From an uncultured Actinomycetes bacterium (GTDB taxonomy: Bacteria > Actinomycetota > Acidimicrobiia > Spongiisociales > DATADW01): a DNA stretch of 64,000 nt. The notes below the pieces were generated by a model. That model made no database searches. It saw nothing but the letters and a program-made list of their open reading frames with translations, and was not told the DNA's origin. Each line of letters begins with the position of its first letter. Within the stretch, counting starts at the first letter, position 1. The stretch covers positions 1 to 64,000 of the forward strand of contig CAWGRK010000004.1 in assembly GCA_963824995.1 (NCBI GenBank), written 5' to 3'. This document shows, one piece after another, positions 40,701 to 51,065 of the stretch. The translations under genes were made by a program, and so were the position numbers.

Positions 40701-41929
40701 GCCCCCACCTCTTCCAGGATCAGCGGTGGTTGGAACTCGTCGTGCAGCGTCCGTACCGCCTCGTCGATCTGGTCGGCTCCGACGACACACGAGATGCGAA
40801 TCGTCGAGGTGGAGATCATCTGGATGTTGATCCCTTTGTTGGCCAAAGCGCGGAAGACCCTGGCGGCGACACCGGGGTGTGACTTCATCCCCGCCCCTAC
40901 AAGGGATACCTTTGCCACGTTCTCATCGACGTCCACACCCGCCGCCCCGACCTCTGCGGCCACGGCGCTGGCAACCTCTCGCGCAATGGGGGCGAACTCC
41001 TTGGGGACGGTGAAGCTGATGTCTGTAGCGGCGTCCCGCGACACGTTCTGCACGATCATGTCAACGTTGATGCTCCGCTCGGCCAGGGGTTCGAAGAGGG
41101 CGGCGGCCACGCCCGGCGTGTCGGGAACGCCCCGGACGGTGACCTTCGCCTCAGATACATCGTGGGCGATACCGCTGATGATGGCCTGCTCCATTGTGTG
41201 CTCCTTAACCCAGGTTCCTTCGGCGTCATGGAAGGACGACCTGACATGTATCGGAATTTCGAAGCGGCGCCCAAACTCCACCGACCGCGCCATCAGGACT
41301 CTGGCTCCGCTGGCGGAGAGCTCCAGCATCTCCTCGAAAGACACCTCGCGCAACAACCGCGCGGTGGGAACCATGCGCGGGTCGGCGGTGTATACACCGT
41401 CCACGTCGGTGAAGATCTCGCAAACGTCGGCCCCATGCGATGCAGCAAGCGCCACCGCGGTCGCGTCGGAACCACCACGCCCGAGGGTGGTGATCTCCTT
41501 GGTGGTCGGATCGACCCCCTGGAACCCTGCCACGATGACCACCCGACCGTTGTCGAGCGCCTCACGCACGCGGTGTCCCCTGATCTCGGTGATCCTGGCT
41601 GCACCGTGGGCGGCGTCGGTGAGTATCCCCGCTTGAGAGCCGGTGAAGCTCACCGCCTCAACCCCGAGATCCTGGATGGCTATCGCCAGCAGGGCCATCG
41701 AGATCCGCTCACCGGCGGTTAGGAGCATGTCGATCTCGCGCGCCGGGGGATTGGGCGATACCCGTTGAGCCAGATCGAGCAGTTCGTCGGTGGTTTCCCC
41801 CATGGCCGACACCACCACGATGACATCGTTGCCGTCCTTGCGGGCGCGCGCCACGCGCTCTGCGACCACAAGGATCCGCTCGGGCGAGGCAACCGAGGTG
41901 CCTCCGAATTTCTGCACGACAAGCGGCAT
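40697..41929 (-). CDS. ask: Aspartate kinase
   Basis: [30 protein letters not shown], two ACT domains. Confidence 0.97.
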   Translation of the reverse strand: MPLVVQKFGGTSVASPERILVVAERVARARKDGNDVIVVVSAMGETTDELLDLAQRVSPNPPAREIDMLLTAGERISMALLAIAIQDLGVEAVSFTGSQAGILTDAAHGAARITEIRGHRVREALDNGRVVIVAGFQGVDPTTKEITTLGRGGSDATAVALAASHGADVCEIFTDVDGVYTADPRMVPTARLLREVSFEEMLELSASGARVLMARSVEFGRRFEIPIHVRSSFHDAEGTWVKEHTMEQAIISGIAHDVSEAKVTVRGVPDTPGVAAALFEPLAERSINVDMIVQNVSRDAATDISFTVPKEFAPIAREVASAVAAEVGAAGVDVDENVAKVSLVGAGMKSHPGVAARVFRALANKGINIQMISTSTIRISCVVGADQIDEAVRTLHDEFQPPLILEEVGA

Positions 41930-42029
41930 GCGCTGGCCCGAGTGTAGGACCGGCCTGGTTCTCGAATTGGTTGACTTCCCCGCCCCACGGGCGATATGAG
42001 ACGGGCGCCGTCCTACTCTCCACGCCGCC

Positions 42030-42809
42030 ATGACTGATCGTCGTCAGAGGCAGCGGGAATCCCGGGAGGAGCGGAGGCGCGAGGAGGAGCGGCGCAAGCG
42101 CATCCGCGCCGCGTGGAAGCGCGCCGCCATATTCGGCGGCCTCGCCCTGCTCATCATCGGCGTGTTCTTCGTGGTCAACCTGCTCTCGGGTCGGGAACCG
42201 CCGCTTCCCGACGCCTATCGCGCCTTCCGCGAGCTTCCGGTGGCTTGCGGTGCCGAGGCACCACCCGAGATCACCCCCGCGGAGTTCCCGAACGGCCCAG
42301 AGGACCTCGGGCTCTCACCAGATGTGCCCATCACCGTCACGATGACCACTTCGTGCGGTGAGATCGTCGTCGAACTCGACCCGGCCCTAGCCCCCCAGGG
42401 TGCGAACTCCTTTGTGTTTCTTGCCAACGAGGGCTTCTACGACGGGACCGTCTTTCACAGGATCATCGAGACCTTCGTCGCCCAGGGGGGCGATCCCCTC
42501 GCCGACGGCAACGGCGGACCCGGGTACACGCTTCCCAACGAAGCTCCGCCGGATGGCTTCGTCTATGAGCCGGGCGTGATGGCCCTGGCCAACGAACTCG
42601 GGCCGGACACGACAGGCAGCCAGTTCTTCTTTGTCGTGGGGCCGGACGCACAGTCGCTGACCCCGAGCTTCTCGGTGCTGGGGACGGTCGTGGAAGGAGC
42701 CGACGTCCTCGAGCAGATCGCCGCCATTCCGGTGCAGCCCGCACCGAGCGGCGAGCAATCGCTCCCCCGAGAAGCGGTCTACGTGGATAGCGTCCAGATC
42801 GAGTCCTAG
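42030..42809 (+). CDS. Membrane-anchored cyclophilin-type peptidyl-prolyl isomerase
   Basis: N-terminal [27 protein letters not shown]. Confidence 0.92.
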   Translation: MTDRRQRQRESREERRREEERRKRIRAAWKRAAIFGGLALLIIGVFFVVNLLSGREPPLPDAYRAFRELPVACGAEAPPEITPAEFPNGPEDLGLSPDVPITVTMTTSCGEIVVELDPALAPQGANSFVFLANEGFYDGTVFHRIIETFVAQGGDPLADGNGGPGYTLPNEAPPDGFVYEPGVMALANELGPDTTGSQFFFVVGPDAQSLTPSFSVLGTVVEGADVLEQIAAIPVQPAPSGEQSLPREAVYVDSVQIES

Positions 42810-42854
42810 GTACGCCCAGGATCCGTCACAGCCCGCAGGTACCCTGGCCGGGCG

Positions 42855-43718
42855 ATGCAGATCGATCTCCATGTCCACAGCACCGCTTCGGACGGCACCG
42901 AGAGTCCGGCCGATCTGATAGCCGGTGCGGCGCGGGCCGGGCTGGGAGCGATGGCGCTCACCGACCACGACACACTCGAAGGTCTCGACACGGCGGCGGC
43001 GACCGCAGACATTTTCGGGATCAGGCTCATTCCCGGCGTCGAGTTGTCCTGCGAGTGGGAAGGCGGGGCCATGCACCTGGTGGTGCTCTTCCTCGAGTCG
43101 GGACAAGGTCCGCTCCAAGACAGGCTCGCCGAGTTGCGAGCGGGACGGGACGGGCGCAACGCCCTCATCGTGGACCGGCTCGTCGGTCTGGGCATCGACA
43201 TCACGCTCGACGAGGTCATGGAGGAAGCCGGTGCAGGGACGGTCGGCCGGCCCCATGTGGCGGCGGTCATGATCCGCAAGAACGTCGTCCCGGACATCCA
43301 GACCGCTTTCGATAGGTATCTCGCCGCTGGCCGGCCCGCCTATGTGGGTCGAAAAAGGCTCACGCCGGCCGAGGCGATCTCCCTCGGCAGAGCCTCGGGT
43401 GGCGTACCGGTACTGGCTCACCCGCACACTCTCAGCGGGAACCTCGACGGCGAACTCCTGTTGCCCAACCTCCGGCGTCTCGCCGAGATGGGCCTGATCG
43501 GGGTCGAAGTGGAGTACTCCACCTATCTGCCAGACGACCGGCGGCGGCTACGCCGTATGGCCACGGGTGCCGGCCTACTTCCGAGCGGCGGCTCCGATTA
43601 CCACGGGGCCTACAAGCCCGACATCATGCTGGGCGTGGGCAAGGGTGATTTGGAGGTGCCCGGGTCGATCCTCGACGACCTGGAGGCGGCTCGCCCGACG
43701 ATGCTCCAGACGAGATGA
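42855..43718 (+). CDS. PHP-domain phosphoesterase
   Basis: DLHVHSTASDG, TDHD, GVELS, GRPH, AHP, GGSDYHG. Confidence 0.92.
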   Translation: MQIDLHVHSTASDGTESPADLIAGAARAGLGAMALTDHDTLEGLDTAAATADIFGIRLIPGVELSCEWEGGAMHLVVLFLESGQGPLQDRLAELRAGRDGRNALIVDRLVGLGIDITLDEVMEEAGAGTVGRPHVAAVMIRKNVVPDIQTAFDRYLAAGRPAYVGRKRLTPAEAISLGRASGGVPVLAHPHTLSGNLDGELLLPNLRRLAEMGLIGVEVEYSTYLPDDRRRLRRMATGAGLLPSGGSDYHGAYKPDIMLGVGKGDLEVPGSILDDLEAARPTMLQTR

Positions 43719-45352
43719 CACCGGAGGACGGCGGGCACCCCCCACCGGACTCCGGCCGCCACGGACCCTCCCCGCCGCGCATCCGCAGGCGCTTCGCAAC
43801 GACGATGGGGCGGGCAGCACTGCTCGTGGGGACGGGAATCCTCATCTCCAGGCTGCTCGGCTTCGTCCGCAATGCCGTGTTGCTCGGCGTGCTCGGTCGC
43901 AGCGGCGAAGCCGACCTCTACAACGCCGCATTCGTCATCCCCGACTATTTGTTCTTCCTGATGGCGGGCGGGTACCTGACCATCACCTTCCTACCCATCC
44001 TCAGCAGGCACATCGCGGCCGGCGACGACGAGGGCGAGTGGCGTTCTTTCGTGGCGGTCTTCCGTCCGGTGGCGTTGGTCATGATCGGGCTCACCGCCCT
44101 GGCGATGATCTGGGCCCGGCCACTGGTGGAGTTCCTCTACCGCAGTTTCGAACCCTCCGATCTCGACCGCCTGACCGGCCTGGTGAGGGTGGTGCTGCCG
44201 GCGCAGGTGTTCTTCGTGCTCGGGTCGCTGTTCATGGCTGTGCAATACGCCCGGCAGCGGTTCCTCGTCCCCACGCTGGCGCCGATCGTCTACAACCTGG
44301 CGATCATCGCCGGCGGTGCAGTGACCTGGGCGATGGGAAACCCGTCGCCCGAGGGCTTCGCATGGGGTGCGCTGGCAGGGGCGATCATCGGCAACTTCGG
44401 CCTCCAGTGGTGGGGTGCCGGACAGATCGGGCTCCGCTGGCCCCGCCAGGTCCCCTGGAGGCATCCGGCGCTCGGTGAGTACCTCCTGCTGGCCATCCCC
44501 CTGATGCTCGGCCAATCGGTGGTCGCACTCGACGAGCAGTTCATCAGGGTGTTCGGCCAGCTCGCCGGTGTGGGCGGGATCACCGCTCTCGTTGCCGGTC
44601 GCCAGATGAGCATGGTCCCTGTAGGCGTCGTGGCGCAGGCGGCTGGAGTCGCCGCATACCCGTTCCTCGCCAGGCTCGCCGCCGAGGACAGGGAGCAGGA
44701 GTTGCAGACGGAGGTGGGGAGGGCGGTGCGCGCCACCGTCACCGCCGCCATGCTCGCTGCCGCCGGATTGTTCGGCCTCGCCCTCCCCGCGGTCCGGATC
44801 GCATACCAACACGGCTCCTTCGGACCCGAGGACACGCTTGTCACCGCGTCGGTGGCGGCCGTGTTCGCTTTGAGCATTCCCGCCTGGGGGGCCCAGCAGG
44901 TCCTGGCTCGCGCCTTCTACGCCAAGAGGAGGATGTGGACTCCGGTGCTCATCGGGACCGCCGTGACCATCGTCGCAATCCCCGCCTACTGGCTGCTGGG
45001 CGACAGATTCGGGCTGGAGGGGATCGCAGCCACCAGTACCGGGTCGATCGTGGTCTACGCCGTCCTGTTGGCGGCGGGTTGGTTCATGGTCACCGGGCGT
45101 AGCCAGCTTCGGTCGGTACTAGGCGCCATTGGTCGGGGACTGCTCGGTGCGGTGCTGGCAGGTGCCGCCGGACTGGGGATCGTCGCCCTGTTCACGTCGG
45201 GTGAGACCGTCCCGTCGGCGGGCCAGTCGTTCCTGGCATTGGTCCTGGGTGGATTGGTCGTCGTGGGGGTGTTCGCCGGGTGTCTGGCGGCACTGCGCTC
45301 GCCCGAGTTGGCGATCCTGATGCGGCGTCAACCCTCTCCGGATCGAGGCTGA
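43715..45352 (+). CDS. murJ: Lipid II flippase MurJ
   Basis: SRLLGFVR, AAFVIPD, multi-TM profile, RAFYA. Confidence 0.9.
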   Translation: MTPEDGGHPPPDSGRHGPSPPRIRRRFATTMGRAALLVGTGILISRLLGFVRNAVLLGVLGRSGEADLYNAAFVIPDYLFFLMAGGYLTITFLPILSRHIAAGDDEGEWRSFVAVFRPVALVMIGLTALAMIWARPLVEFLYRSFEPSDLDRLTGLVRVVLPAQVFFVLGSLFMAVQYARQRFLVPTLAPIVYNLAIIAGGAVTWAMGNPSPEGFAWGALAGAIIGNFGLQWWGAGQIGLRWPRQVPWRHPALGEYLLLAIPLMLGQSVVALDEQFIRVFGQLAGVGGITALVAGRQMSMVPVGVVAQAAGVAAYPFLARLAAEDREQELQTEVGRAVRATVTAAMLAAAGLFGLALPAVRIAYQHGSFGPEDTLVTASVAAVFALSIPAWGAQQVLARAFYAKRRMWTPVLIGTAVTIVAIPAYWLLGDRFGLEGIAATSTGSIVVYAVLLAAGWFMVTGRSQLRSVLGAIGRGLLGAVLAGAAGLGIVALFTSGETVPSAGQSFLALVLGGLVVVGVFAGCLAALRSPELAILMRRQPSPDRG

Positions 45353-45543
45353 GCCGGCCGGCGGTCCCGGTCGACCGGCGGCTCGGGCCGCCCGGATCGG
45401 GCAGAGGCCACCCAGGCAGGGAGACGCGGCGCAGGTGCGGGGACCGATCCGGCGGCTTCCGCCTCCAGATGGGCGATCACCGCGCCGATCACGGCGGCGG
45501 CGAACGGGTCTGGCGCCGGCGATACCGTCACACGCTCAGCCAT
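45328..45543 (-). CDS. Small protein resembling the acyl-CoA carboxylase epsilon subunit
   Basis: PDP..AAVIGAV..PAWVASAR pattern; overlaps the mce stop. Confidence 0.5.
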   Translation of the reverse strand: MAERVTVSPAPDPFAAAVIGAVIAHLEAEAAGSVPAPAPRLPAWVASARSGRPEPPVDRDRRPAQPRSGEG

Positions 45544-45946
45544 TTGAAAGCTCCACGAGCTCGATCAGGGTGCCGTTTGCGGCAGATGGGTGTACGAAAG
45601 CGATCTGCTTGCCCCCGCCACCCCGCCGCGGCTTGCTGTCGACCAGTTGGGCGCCCTCCGCCTCGAGATGGCTCAGGGCGGCGGCGACATCAGGGACGGC
45701 GAAGGCGATGTGGTGCAACCCCTCGCCGCGTCGCCCGAGGAAGCGACCGATCGGGGTGTCCGAGCCGAGCGGCTCCAGCAACTGGACGAAGGAACCACCC
45801 ACCGGAATCATTGCCTCCTCCACTCCCTGATCGTCGACGACCTCCCGGTAGAGCGGCTCCACCCCATAGAGCCGCTGATAGACGGCCAGCGAATCGTCGA
45901 GGCTTTGGACTGCGACGGCGACGTGATCGAGGTTGAGAAGCTTCAT
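45536..45946 (-). CDS. mce: Methylmalonyl-CoA epimerase
   Basis: LDHVAVAV, QGVEEAM, QLLEP, GEGLHHIAF, AFVHP..GTLIELVE. Confidence 0.92.
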   Translation of the reverse strand: MKLLNLDHVAVAVQSLDDSLAVYQRLYGVEPLYREVVDDQGVEEAMIPVGGSFVQLLEPLGSDTPIGRFLGRRGEGLHHIAFAVPDVAAALSHLEAEGAQLVDSKPRRGGGGKQIAFVHPSAANGTLIELVELSNG

Positions 45947-46004
45947 TGTTGCTGGGCGAGAGTAGAGCGATCGGCGGTACGATCGACACCAGGAGGTCGG
46001 GAGC

Positions 46005-47183
46005 ATGTCCAGCGTCATCGTCGGAGCGGCACGGACGCCGGTGGGCAGGTTCGGTGGTGCCCTTCGCCCCTTGCGAGCAGTGGAACTCGGGGGTGTGGCG
46101 ATCGGCGCCGCCCTGGAGAGGTCGGGAGTCGGAGCGGACAAGGTCGATGAGGTGATCCTCGGTCAGGTGCTCCAGGCCGGGGAAGGCCAGATCACCGCCC
46201 GGCAGGCCGCGGTCAGGGGTGGCGTGCCGATGACGGTGCCGGCGATCACCGTCAACAAGGTCTGTCTGTCCGGACTGGCGGCAATCGCCCTGGCCGACCG
46301 CGCCATCCGGCTGGGTGAGGCGTCCTTCGCCGTAGCCGGCGGCATGGAGTCGATGAGCAACGCACCCCACATCCAGCGCGACCTTCGCTGGGGCCATCGG
46401 ATGGGAGACAGCGCTCTGGTTGACGTGATGCTGCACGACGGGCTGTGGTGCGCCTTCGACCAGTGCACCATGGGCGAGTCCTCGGACCGCAAGAACAGGG
46501 ACCTCGGCATCGGACGAGCCGAACAGGACGAGTGGGCGGCGCAGAGCCATGCCCGCGCCGCGGCCGCCTCATCGTCGGGTGGGTTCGAGGATGAGATCGT
46601 CCCCGTTCAAGTGCCCCAGCCGAAAGGAGCTGCCGTGGTGGTGGGCACCGACGAGGGAATTAGGGCCGACAGCGACGCCGCATCACTTGGTGCGCTCCGT
46701 CCCGCCTTCGCTGCCGACGGGACCATCACCGCAGGCAACGCTTCGCAGATTTCCGACGGTGCAGCCGCTGTCGTGGTCGCCGACCGCGCCGCCGCCGAGG
46801 CGGCGGGAGCACCCATCCTGGCGGAGATCGTCGCCTACGGTCAGATCGGCGGCTCCGATGCCACGCTCCACGAGCGCCCTGCCGAGGCACTCCGGGTGGC
46901 GTTGAAGAGGGCCGGTCTCGAATCGGGCGATCTCGACCTCGTCGAGATCAACGAGGCTTTCGCCGCCGTGGCGCTCTGGTCAGCGCGGATGCTCGATCTG
47001 GATCCGGCCAGGGTGAACGCACGAGGCGGGGCGGTGGCGTTGGGGCATCCCATCGGCGCCACCGGCGCCAGGCTCGTGGTATCCCTGATCCACGCCCTCC
47101 GCCAGGCCGGTGGCGGGACCGGTGCCGTCACCCTGTGCGGTGGCGGTGGGCAGGGTGATGCCCTGATAATCAAGGTCGGATGA
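46005..47183 (+). CDS. Acetyl-CoA C-acyltransferase (thiolase)
   Basis: NKVCLSG, GGMESMS, NEAFA, GHPIGATG, LCGGGGQG. Confidence 0.95.
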   Translation: MSSVIVGAARTPVGRFGGALRPLRAVELGGVAIGAALERSGVGADKVDEVILGQVLQAGEGQITARQAAVRGGVPMTVPAITVNKVCLSGLAAIALADRAIRLGEASFAVAGGMESMSNAPHIQRDLRWGHRMGDSALVDVMLHDGLWCAFDQCTMGESSDRKNRDLGIGRAEQDEWAAQSHARAAAASSSGGFEDEIVPVQVPQPKGAAVVVGTDEGIRADSDAASLGALRPAFAADGTITAGNASQISDGAAAVVVADRAAAEAAGAPILAEIVAYGQIGGSDATLHERPAEALRVALKRAGLESGDLDLVEINEAFAAVALWSARMLDLDPARVNARGGAVALGHPIGATGARLVVSLIHALRQAGGGTGAVTLCGGGGQGDALIIKVG

Positions 47184-48169
47184 TGGCGGAGATCCCCGAG
47201 CGGAACCTCGGCCTCGATCTGGTCCGGGTAACCGAGACCGCCGCCATGGCCGCCGCCCGCTGGCAGGGTCGCGGGGACAAGGAAGCCGTGGACCGGGCGG
47301 CAGTGGACGCAATGCGCGCCCATCTCTCCACGCTCGACCTCGACGGGATCGTGGTCATCGGTGAGGGTGAGAAGGACAACGCCCCGATGCTCTTCAACGG
47401 GGAACGGGTTGGTAGTGGCGCGGGGCCCGAGGTCGATGTGGCGGTGGACCCGGTGGACGGGACCCGTCTCACCGCCGAGGGCGGACCGGGAGCGCTCGCC
47501 GCGCTCGTCGTCTCCGAACGGGGCACCATGTACGCCCCCGGCAGACTGGTCTACATGGACAAGATCGCCGTGGGAGCCGAGGCGGCGGGGACCATCGCCC
47601 TCGATGCCCCGGTCGATTACAACCTCCGCCAGGTGGCCAAGGCGCGGGGCAAGGACGTCAACGATCTGCAGGCGATCATCCTCGACCGACCACGGAACCA
47701 GCGCTACATCGACGCGGTACGCGAGGCCGGGGCGCGCATTCGGTTGATCCGTGACGGTGATGTCTCGGGCGCAATCGCCACCGCCCGCGAAGAGAGCAAC
47801 GTCGACGTCCTGTTCGGGATCGGCGGGTCGCCCGAGGCGGTCCTGGTCGCCGGGGCGATGATCTGCCTCGGCGGCGAGATCCAGTGCCGGCTATGGCCAC
47901 GCGACGAGACCGAGCGGGAGTGGGCGACCGACAACGGACTCGACCTCCAACAGGTGATGACAACCGGCGAACTGATCAACTCGAACAACGTCTTCTTTGC
48001 CGCCACCGGCGTGACCACCGGCGAGTACCTCGACGGCGTCGAGTACTTCGGCGACGGCGCCACCACCCATTCGGTCGTGATGCGCTCCAAGACAGGGTCG
48101 GTCCGCTCGATCGTCGCCCGCCACAACTTCCGCAAACTGCGCTCGATAAGCGCGGTCACCCTCGACTGA
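47180..48169 (+). CDS. glpX: Class II fructose-1,6-bisphosphatase
   Basis: RVTETAA, VIGEGEKDNAPML, VDPVDGT, YMDK, DGDV, FAATGVT. Confidence 0.95.
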   Translation: MMAEIPERNLGLDLVRVTETAAMAAARWQGRGDKEAVDRAAVDAMRAHLSTLDLDGIVVIGEGEKDNAPMLFNGERVGSGAGPEVDVAVDPVDGTRLTAEGGPGALAALVVSERGTMYAPGRLVYMDKIAVGAEAAGTIALDAPVDYNLRQVAKARGKDVNDLQAIILDRPRNQRYIDAVREAGARIRLIRDGDVSGAIATAREESNVDVLFGIGGSPEAVLVAGAMICLGGEIQCRLWPRDETEREWATDNGLDLQQVMTTGELINSNNVFFAATGVTTGEYLDGVEYFGDGATTHSVVMRSKTGSVRSIVARHNFRKLRSISAVTLD

Positions 48170-48178
48170 AGGACGCGC

Positions 48179-48297
48179 AACCCAGGGTTCGGGGCGTGGC
48201 AGTACAACGGTTCGGGCCCACAGAACGAAGGGTGGTTGCGTCCACCGAACCCAGGGTTCGGGGCGTGGCACAGCAACGATTCGGGCACACAGAACGA
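48179..48297. repeat. Two direct copies of a 50-bp unit with 69-bp period
   Basis: Copies at 48179-48228 and 48248-48297; 45/50 identical by manual alignment; first 23 bp AACCCAGGGTTCGGGGCGTGGCA identical. Confidence 0.85.
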
Positions 48298-48310
48298 GGG
48301 TCTAGACGAC

Positions 48311-48904
48311 TCAGAGCTCCCGCCGACCTGCCAGAGCCCTCCCCAGGGTCAGTTCGTCTGCGTAGTCGAGGTCGCCGCCCACCGGCAGTCCGCTCGCCAG
48401 CCGGGTGACCCGGACCCCGAGTGGCTTGAACTCGCGGGCCAGGTACATGGCGGTGGTGTCCCCCTCCACCGTGGGATTGGTGGCGATGATGAGCTCGGTG
48501 ATCCCCTCATCCGCCACTCGGCGTCTCAGTTCGGCGACCTTCAATTGGCCCGGCCCGATTCCCTCGATCGGCGATAGCGCTCCTCCGAGCACGTGGTATC
48601 GCCCGCGGAACTCCTGAGTGCGCTCCACCACGATGATGTCCTGGGCTCGCTCGACCACGCACACGGCCGTCGTATCGCGGCGCGCATCGGTGCAGATCGA
48701 GCACTCCTCGGTGGAAGTGACGTTGAAACACCTCTGGCAGAGGCGTGCCAGATCGCGCATCTCGATGATCGCCTCGGCGAGACGTCTCGCATCGGTGTCC
48801 TCGATGTTGAGAAGGTGAAAAGCGAGCCGCTGAGCGGACTTTGGACCGATACCGGGTAGACGCGCCAGTTCATCGACGAGACGTTGGATAGGACCGTCGA
48901 GCAT
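48311..48904 (-). CDS. recR: Recombination mediator RecR
   Basis: LPGIGPKSAQRLA, C4 zinc finger, YHVLGG, NPTVEG, GLPVGGDLDYAD. Confidence 0.97.
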   Translation of the reverse strand: MLDGPIQRLVDELARLPGIGPKSAQRLAFHLLNIEDTDARRLAEAIIEMRDLARLCQRCFNVTSTEECSICTDARRDTTAVCVVERAQDIIVVERTQEFRGRYHVLGGALSPIEGIGPGQLKVAELRRRVADEGITELIIATNPTVEGDTTAMYLAREFKPLGVRVTRLASGLPVGGDLDYADELTLGRALAGRREL

Positions 48905-49230
48905 CAGCCCAGAAGGCCACCAAGATCGAGACCTCCTGTGAGCCCGCCCAACTGCGACTGGGCGGCCTCATTGGCGGCGCGCAGAGCTTGATTGACCGCG
49001 GCGACCACCAGATCCCCGAGAAGCTCGGGATCCTCGGGATCGATCACACCGGGAGCGAAGCTGATCGACACCACCTCGCCCGACCCGGTCACCTGCGCGG
49101 TCACCGCTCCACCGCCGGAGGTCCCCTCGAACTCCTTGGTTGCGAGTTCATCCTGGGCCGCGGCCATCTCTTCCTGCATTTTCTGCGCCTGCTGCATCAG
49201 CTTGCGCATGTCCTGCGGCCGCATACCCAT
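48904..49230 (-). CDS. ebfC: YbaB/EbfC nucleoid-associated protein
   Basis: MQQAQKMQ, GTSGGGAV, DPEDPELLGDLVVAAVN; dnaX-ybaB-recR synteny. Confidence 0.95.
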   Translation of the reverse strand: MGMRPQDMRKLMQQAQKMQEEMAAAQDELATKEFEGTSGGGAVTAQVTGSGEVVSISFAPGVIDPEDPELLGDLVVAAVNQALRAANEAAQSQLGGLTGGLDLGGLLG

Positions 49231-49297
49231 TTGGCCAGGGTATCACCGCTGGTCAGAACAACCGCTCCACCCCGAATCGCCGAAGCCGGCCTTGGGG

Positions 49298-50995
49298 CTA
49301 CGACTCGTCGACAGGACTCTCGGAGACGAGTTCGGCGCCCAGGAACTCGGCAACGAGCCGCTCGGGGTCGTGTTCGGGAGCCTCGGGGAGGCTGTCCTTG
49401 TCCGGCACAACCTCGTCCTCGTCGACGGTGACCACTGCATCTGCGAGGCGGAACTCGACCCGTACAGCACCGCCGACCAGGTCGGCAGCCTTGGCCTCGA
49501 CCACGTCCAGGACGCGGGAGTCGCCGTTCAACTCGGCGAGGTGGAAGTCGAGACCAGCGGGGAGGTGGAGCACGATGGTGGTGTTCTCCACCGCCGCCGG
49601 GAAAGCCTCGCGGAAGAACGCCCAGCGACGTTGGGTGAGGTCCTCGCGGACCGATGCCAGCAGAACCGGCCACACCTCTTCGACCTTCTCGATCGTCAGA
49701 CCGTCAATCGGTGGACGTGCCTCGGCCTTCGGCGGCTCTGTGACCGGTGGAGTGACGGCCGATCGGGAGACAGGTTCGGGGTTGTCCGGGATCGGCGCCG
49801 GATCCCTCTCTGGTCGGGGGACCGCCGGCGCGTCCGCGAGGTGCTTGACCCGCTGTTCGAGTCGGTCGAGTCGGGCGGCGAGCGAGGCGGGGTCGCCGAC
49901 CACCTCGGGACGCACCAACCGGAGCAGCGCCAACTCGATCATGAGCCGCTCTTCCCGACCCTCCCTCAACTTGATGAGCGAGTCCCCGAGTTGATCTATG
50001 ACACGCAGGACATCGGGGGCCGCAACCACCTTCGATGCAGCTCTCCACTCCTCGAGGACGTCGGCCGGCTCATCGGCCACCTCTGCCAGGTTGGGGGCGT
50101 AGTGCGCCAGGAAGACCCCGCGGAAGAAGGCGATGGTCTCGGAGACGAAGCGACGCAGGTCTACTCCCTCGGCCATCATCTCCGCAACCAACTCGAGGGC
50201 CGCCTTGGCGTCCTGTTCCACCATGGCGTTGGCGAGCCGCATCGGAGCATCTGCCTCTGCCAACCCAATGGCCCGGCGCACGCCCTTGACATCAACGGTC
50301 CCGCTCCCGAGGGCGGCGACCTGCTCGAGCAGGCTCAGGGCATCGCGCGCCGATCCCCTGGCCTGGCGGGCGATCAGCCCCGAAGCCGCGGACTCGAGCC
50401 GGTACCCCTCCTTGCCGGCCACCGACGCCAGGTGTTTGGTCAGGATTTCGGAGCCGATTGCGTGGAAGTCGAACCGCTGCGCCCTGCTACGGATGGTATC
50501 GAGCAACTTGTACGGCTCGGTGGTGGCGAGGACGAAGTGGACATGGCTCGGCGGCTCTTCCAGCGTCTTGAGCAGGGCGTTTCCCGCCGCCTTGGAGAGC
50601 ATGTGGGCCTCGTCGAGGATGAACACCCGGCGCGCACCCTCGCCCACGGCGACGGTGGAGACGCTCACCCTTATGTCGCGGATGTCGTCCACCGAGTTGT
50701 GAGAGGCGGCGTCGAGTTCGATCACGTCGAGTGACGATCCCTCGTCGATCGCGGTGCACGAGATGCACTTGTTGCAGGGTGTCCCGTCGGGCCGCCGGTC
50801 GAGACAGTTGAGCGCCTTCGCCAGGATGCGCGCCGTCGTCGTCTTGCCCGTCCCCCGCGGGCCGGCGAAGAGGTAGGCGTGGGCGACCTTCCCCTCGGTG
50901 ACTTCCCGAGCGAGGGTCTCGGTCACGTGCTGCTGGCCGACCACCTCGGTGAAGGTGGTCGGTCGGTACCTGCGATAGAGGGCCCGGTACTCCAC
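49298..50995 (-). CDS. dnaX: DNA polymerase III subunit gamma/tau
   Basis: ALYRRYRP, GPRGTGKTT, CxxC, ELDAAS, DEAHML, LLKTLEEPP, TIRSR. Confidence 0.97.
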   Translation of the reverse strand: MEYRALYRRYRPTTFTEVVGQQHVTETLAREVTEGKVAHAYLFAGPRGTGKTTTARILAKALNCLDRRPDGTPCNKCISCTAIDEGSSLDVIELDAASHNSVDDIRDIRVSVSTVAVGEGARRVFILDEAHMLSKAAGNALLKTLEEPPSHVHFVLATTEPYKLLDTIRSRAQRFDFHAIGSEILTKHLASVAGKEGYRLESAASGLIARQARGSARDALSLLEQVAALGSGTVDVKGVRRAIGLAEADAPMRLANAMVEQDAKAALELVAEMMAEGVDLRRFVSETIAFFRGVFLAHYAPNLAEVADEPADVLEEWRAASKVVAAPDVLRVIDQLGDSLIKLREGREERLMIELALLRLVRPEVVGDPASLAARLDRLEQRVKHLADAPAVPRPERDPAPIPDNPEPVSRSAVTPPVTEPPKAEARPPIDGLTIEKVEEVWPVLLASVREDLTQRRWAFFREAFPAAVENTTIVLHLPAGLDFHLAELNGDSRVLDVVEAKAADLVGGAVRVEFRLADAVVTVDEDEVVPDKDSLPEAPEHDPERLVAEFLGAELVSESPVDES

Positions 50996-51065
50996 GACCC
51001 GATCGTAGAGCGGTGTATCTCCCGGTGGGCCGGCACCTCTGTACTGGCGTCACGAGAGGAGAACA

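Noticed and set aside
41930..42029. Lysine riboswitch upstream of ask
   Set aside because: Only 100 bp to the divergent gene, with a -10-like hexamer close to the start; too little room.
48179..48297. Mini CRISPR array (23-bp identical repeats)
   Set aside because: Only two copies, the would-be spacers are near-identical to each other, and there are no cas genes in the window.
49298..50995. dnaX programmed frameshift producing gamma
   Set aside because: No A-AAA-AAG or poly-A slippery tract noticed.
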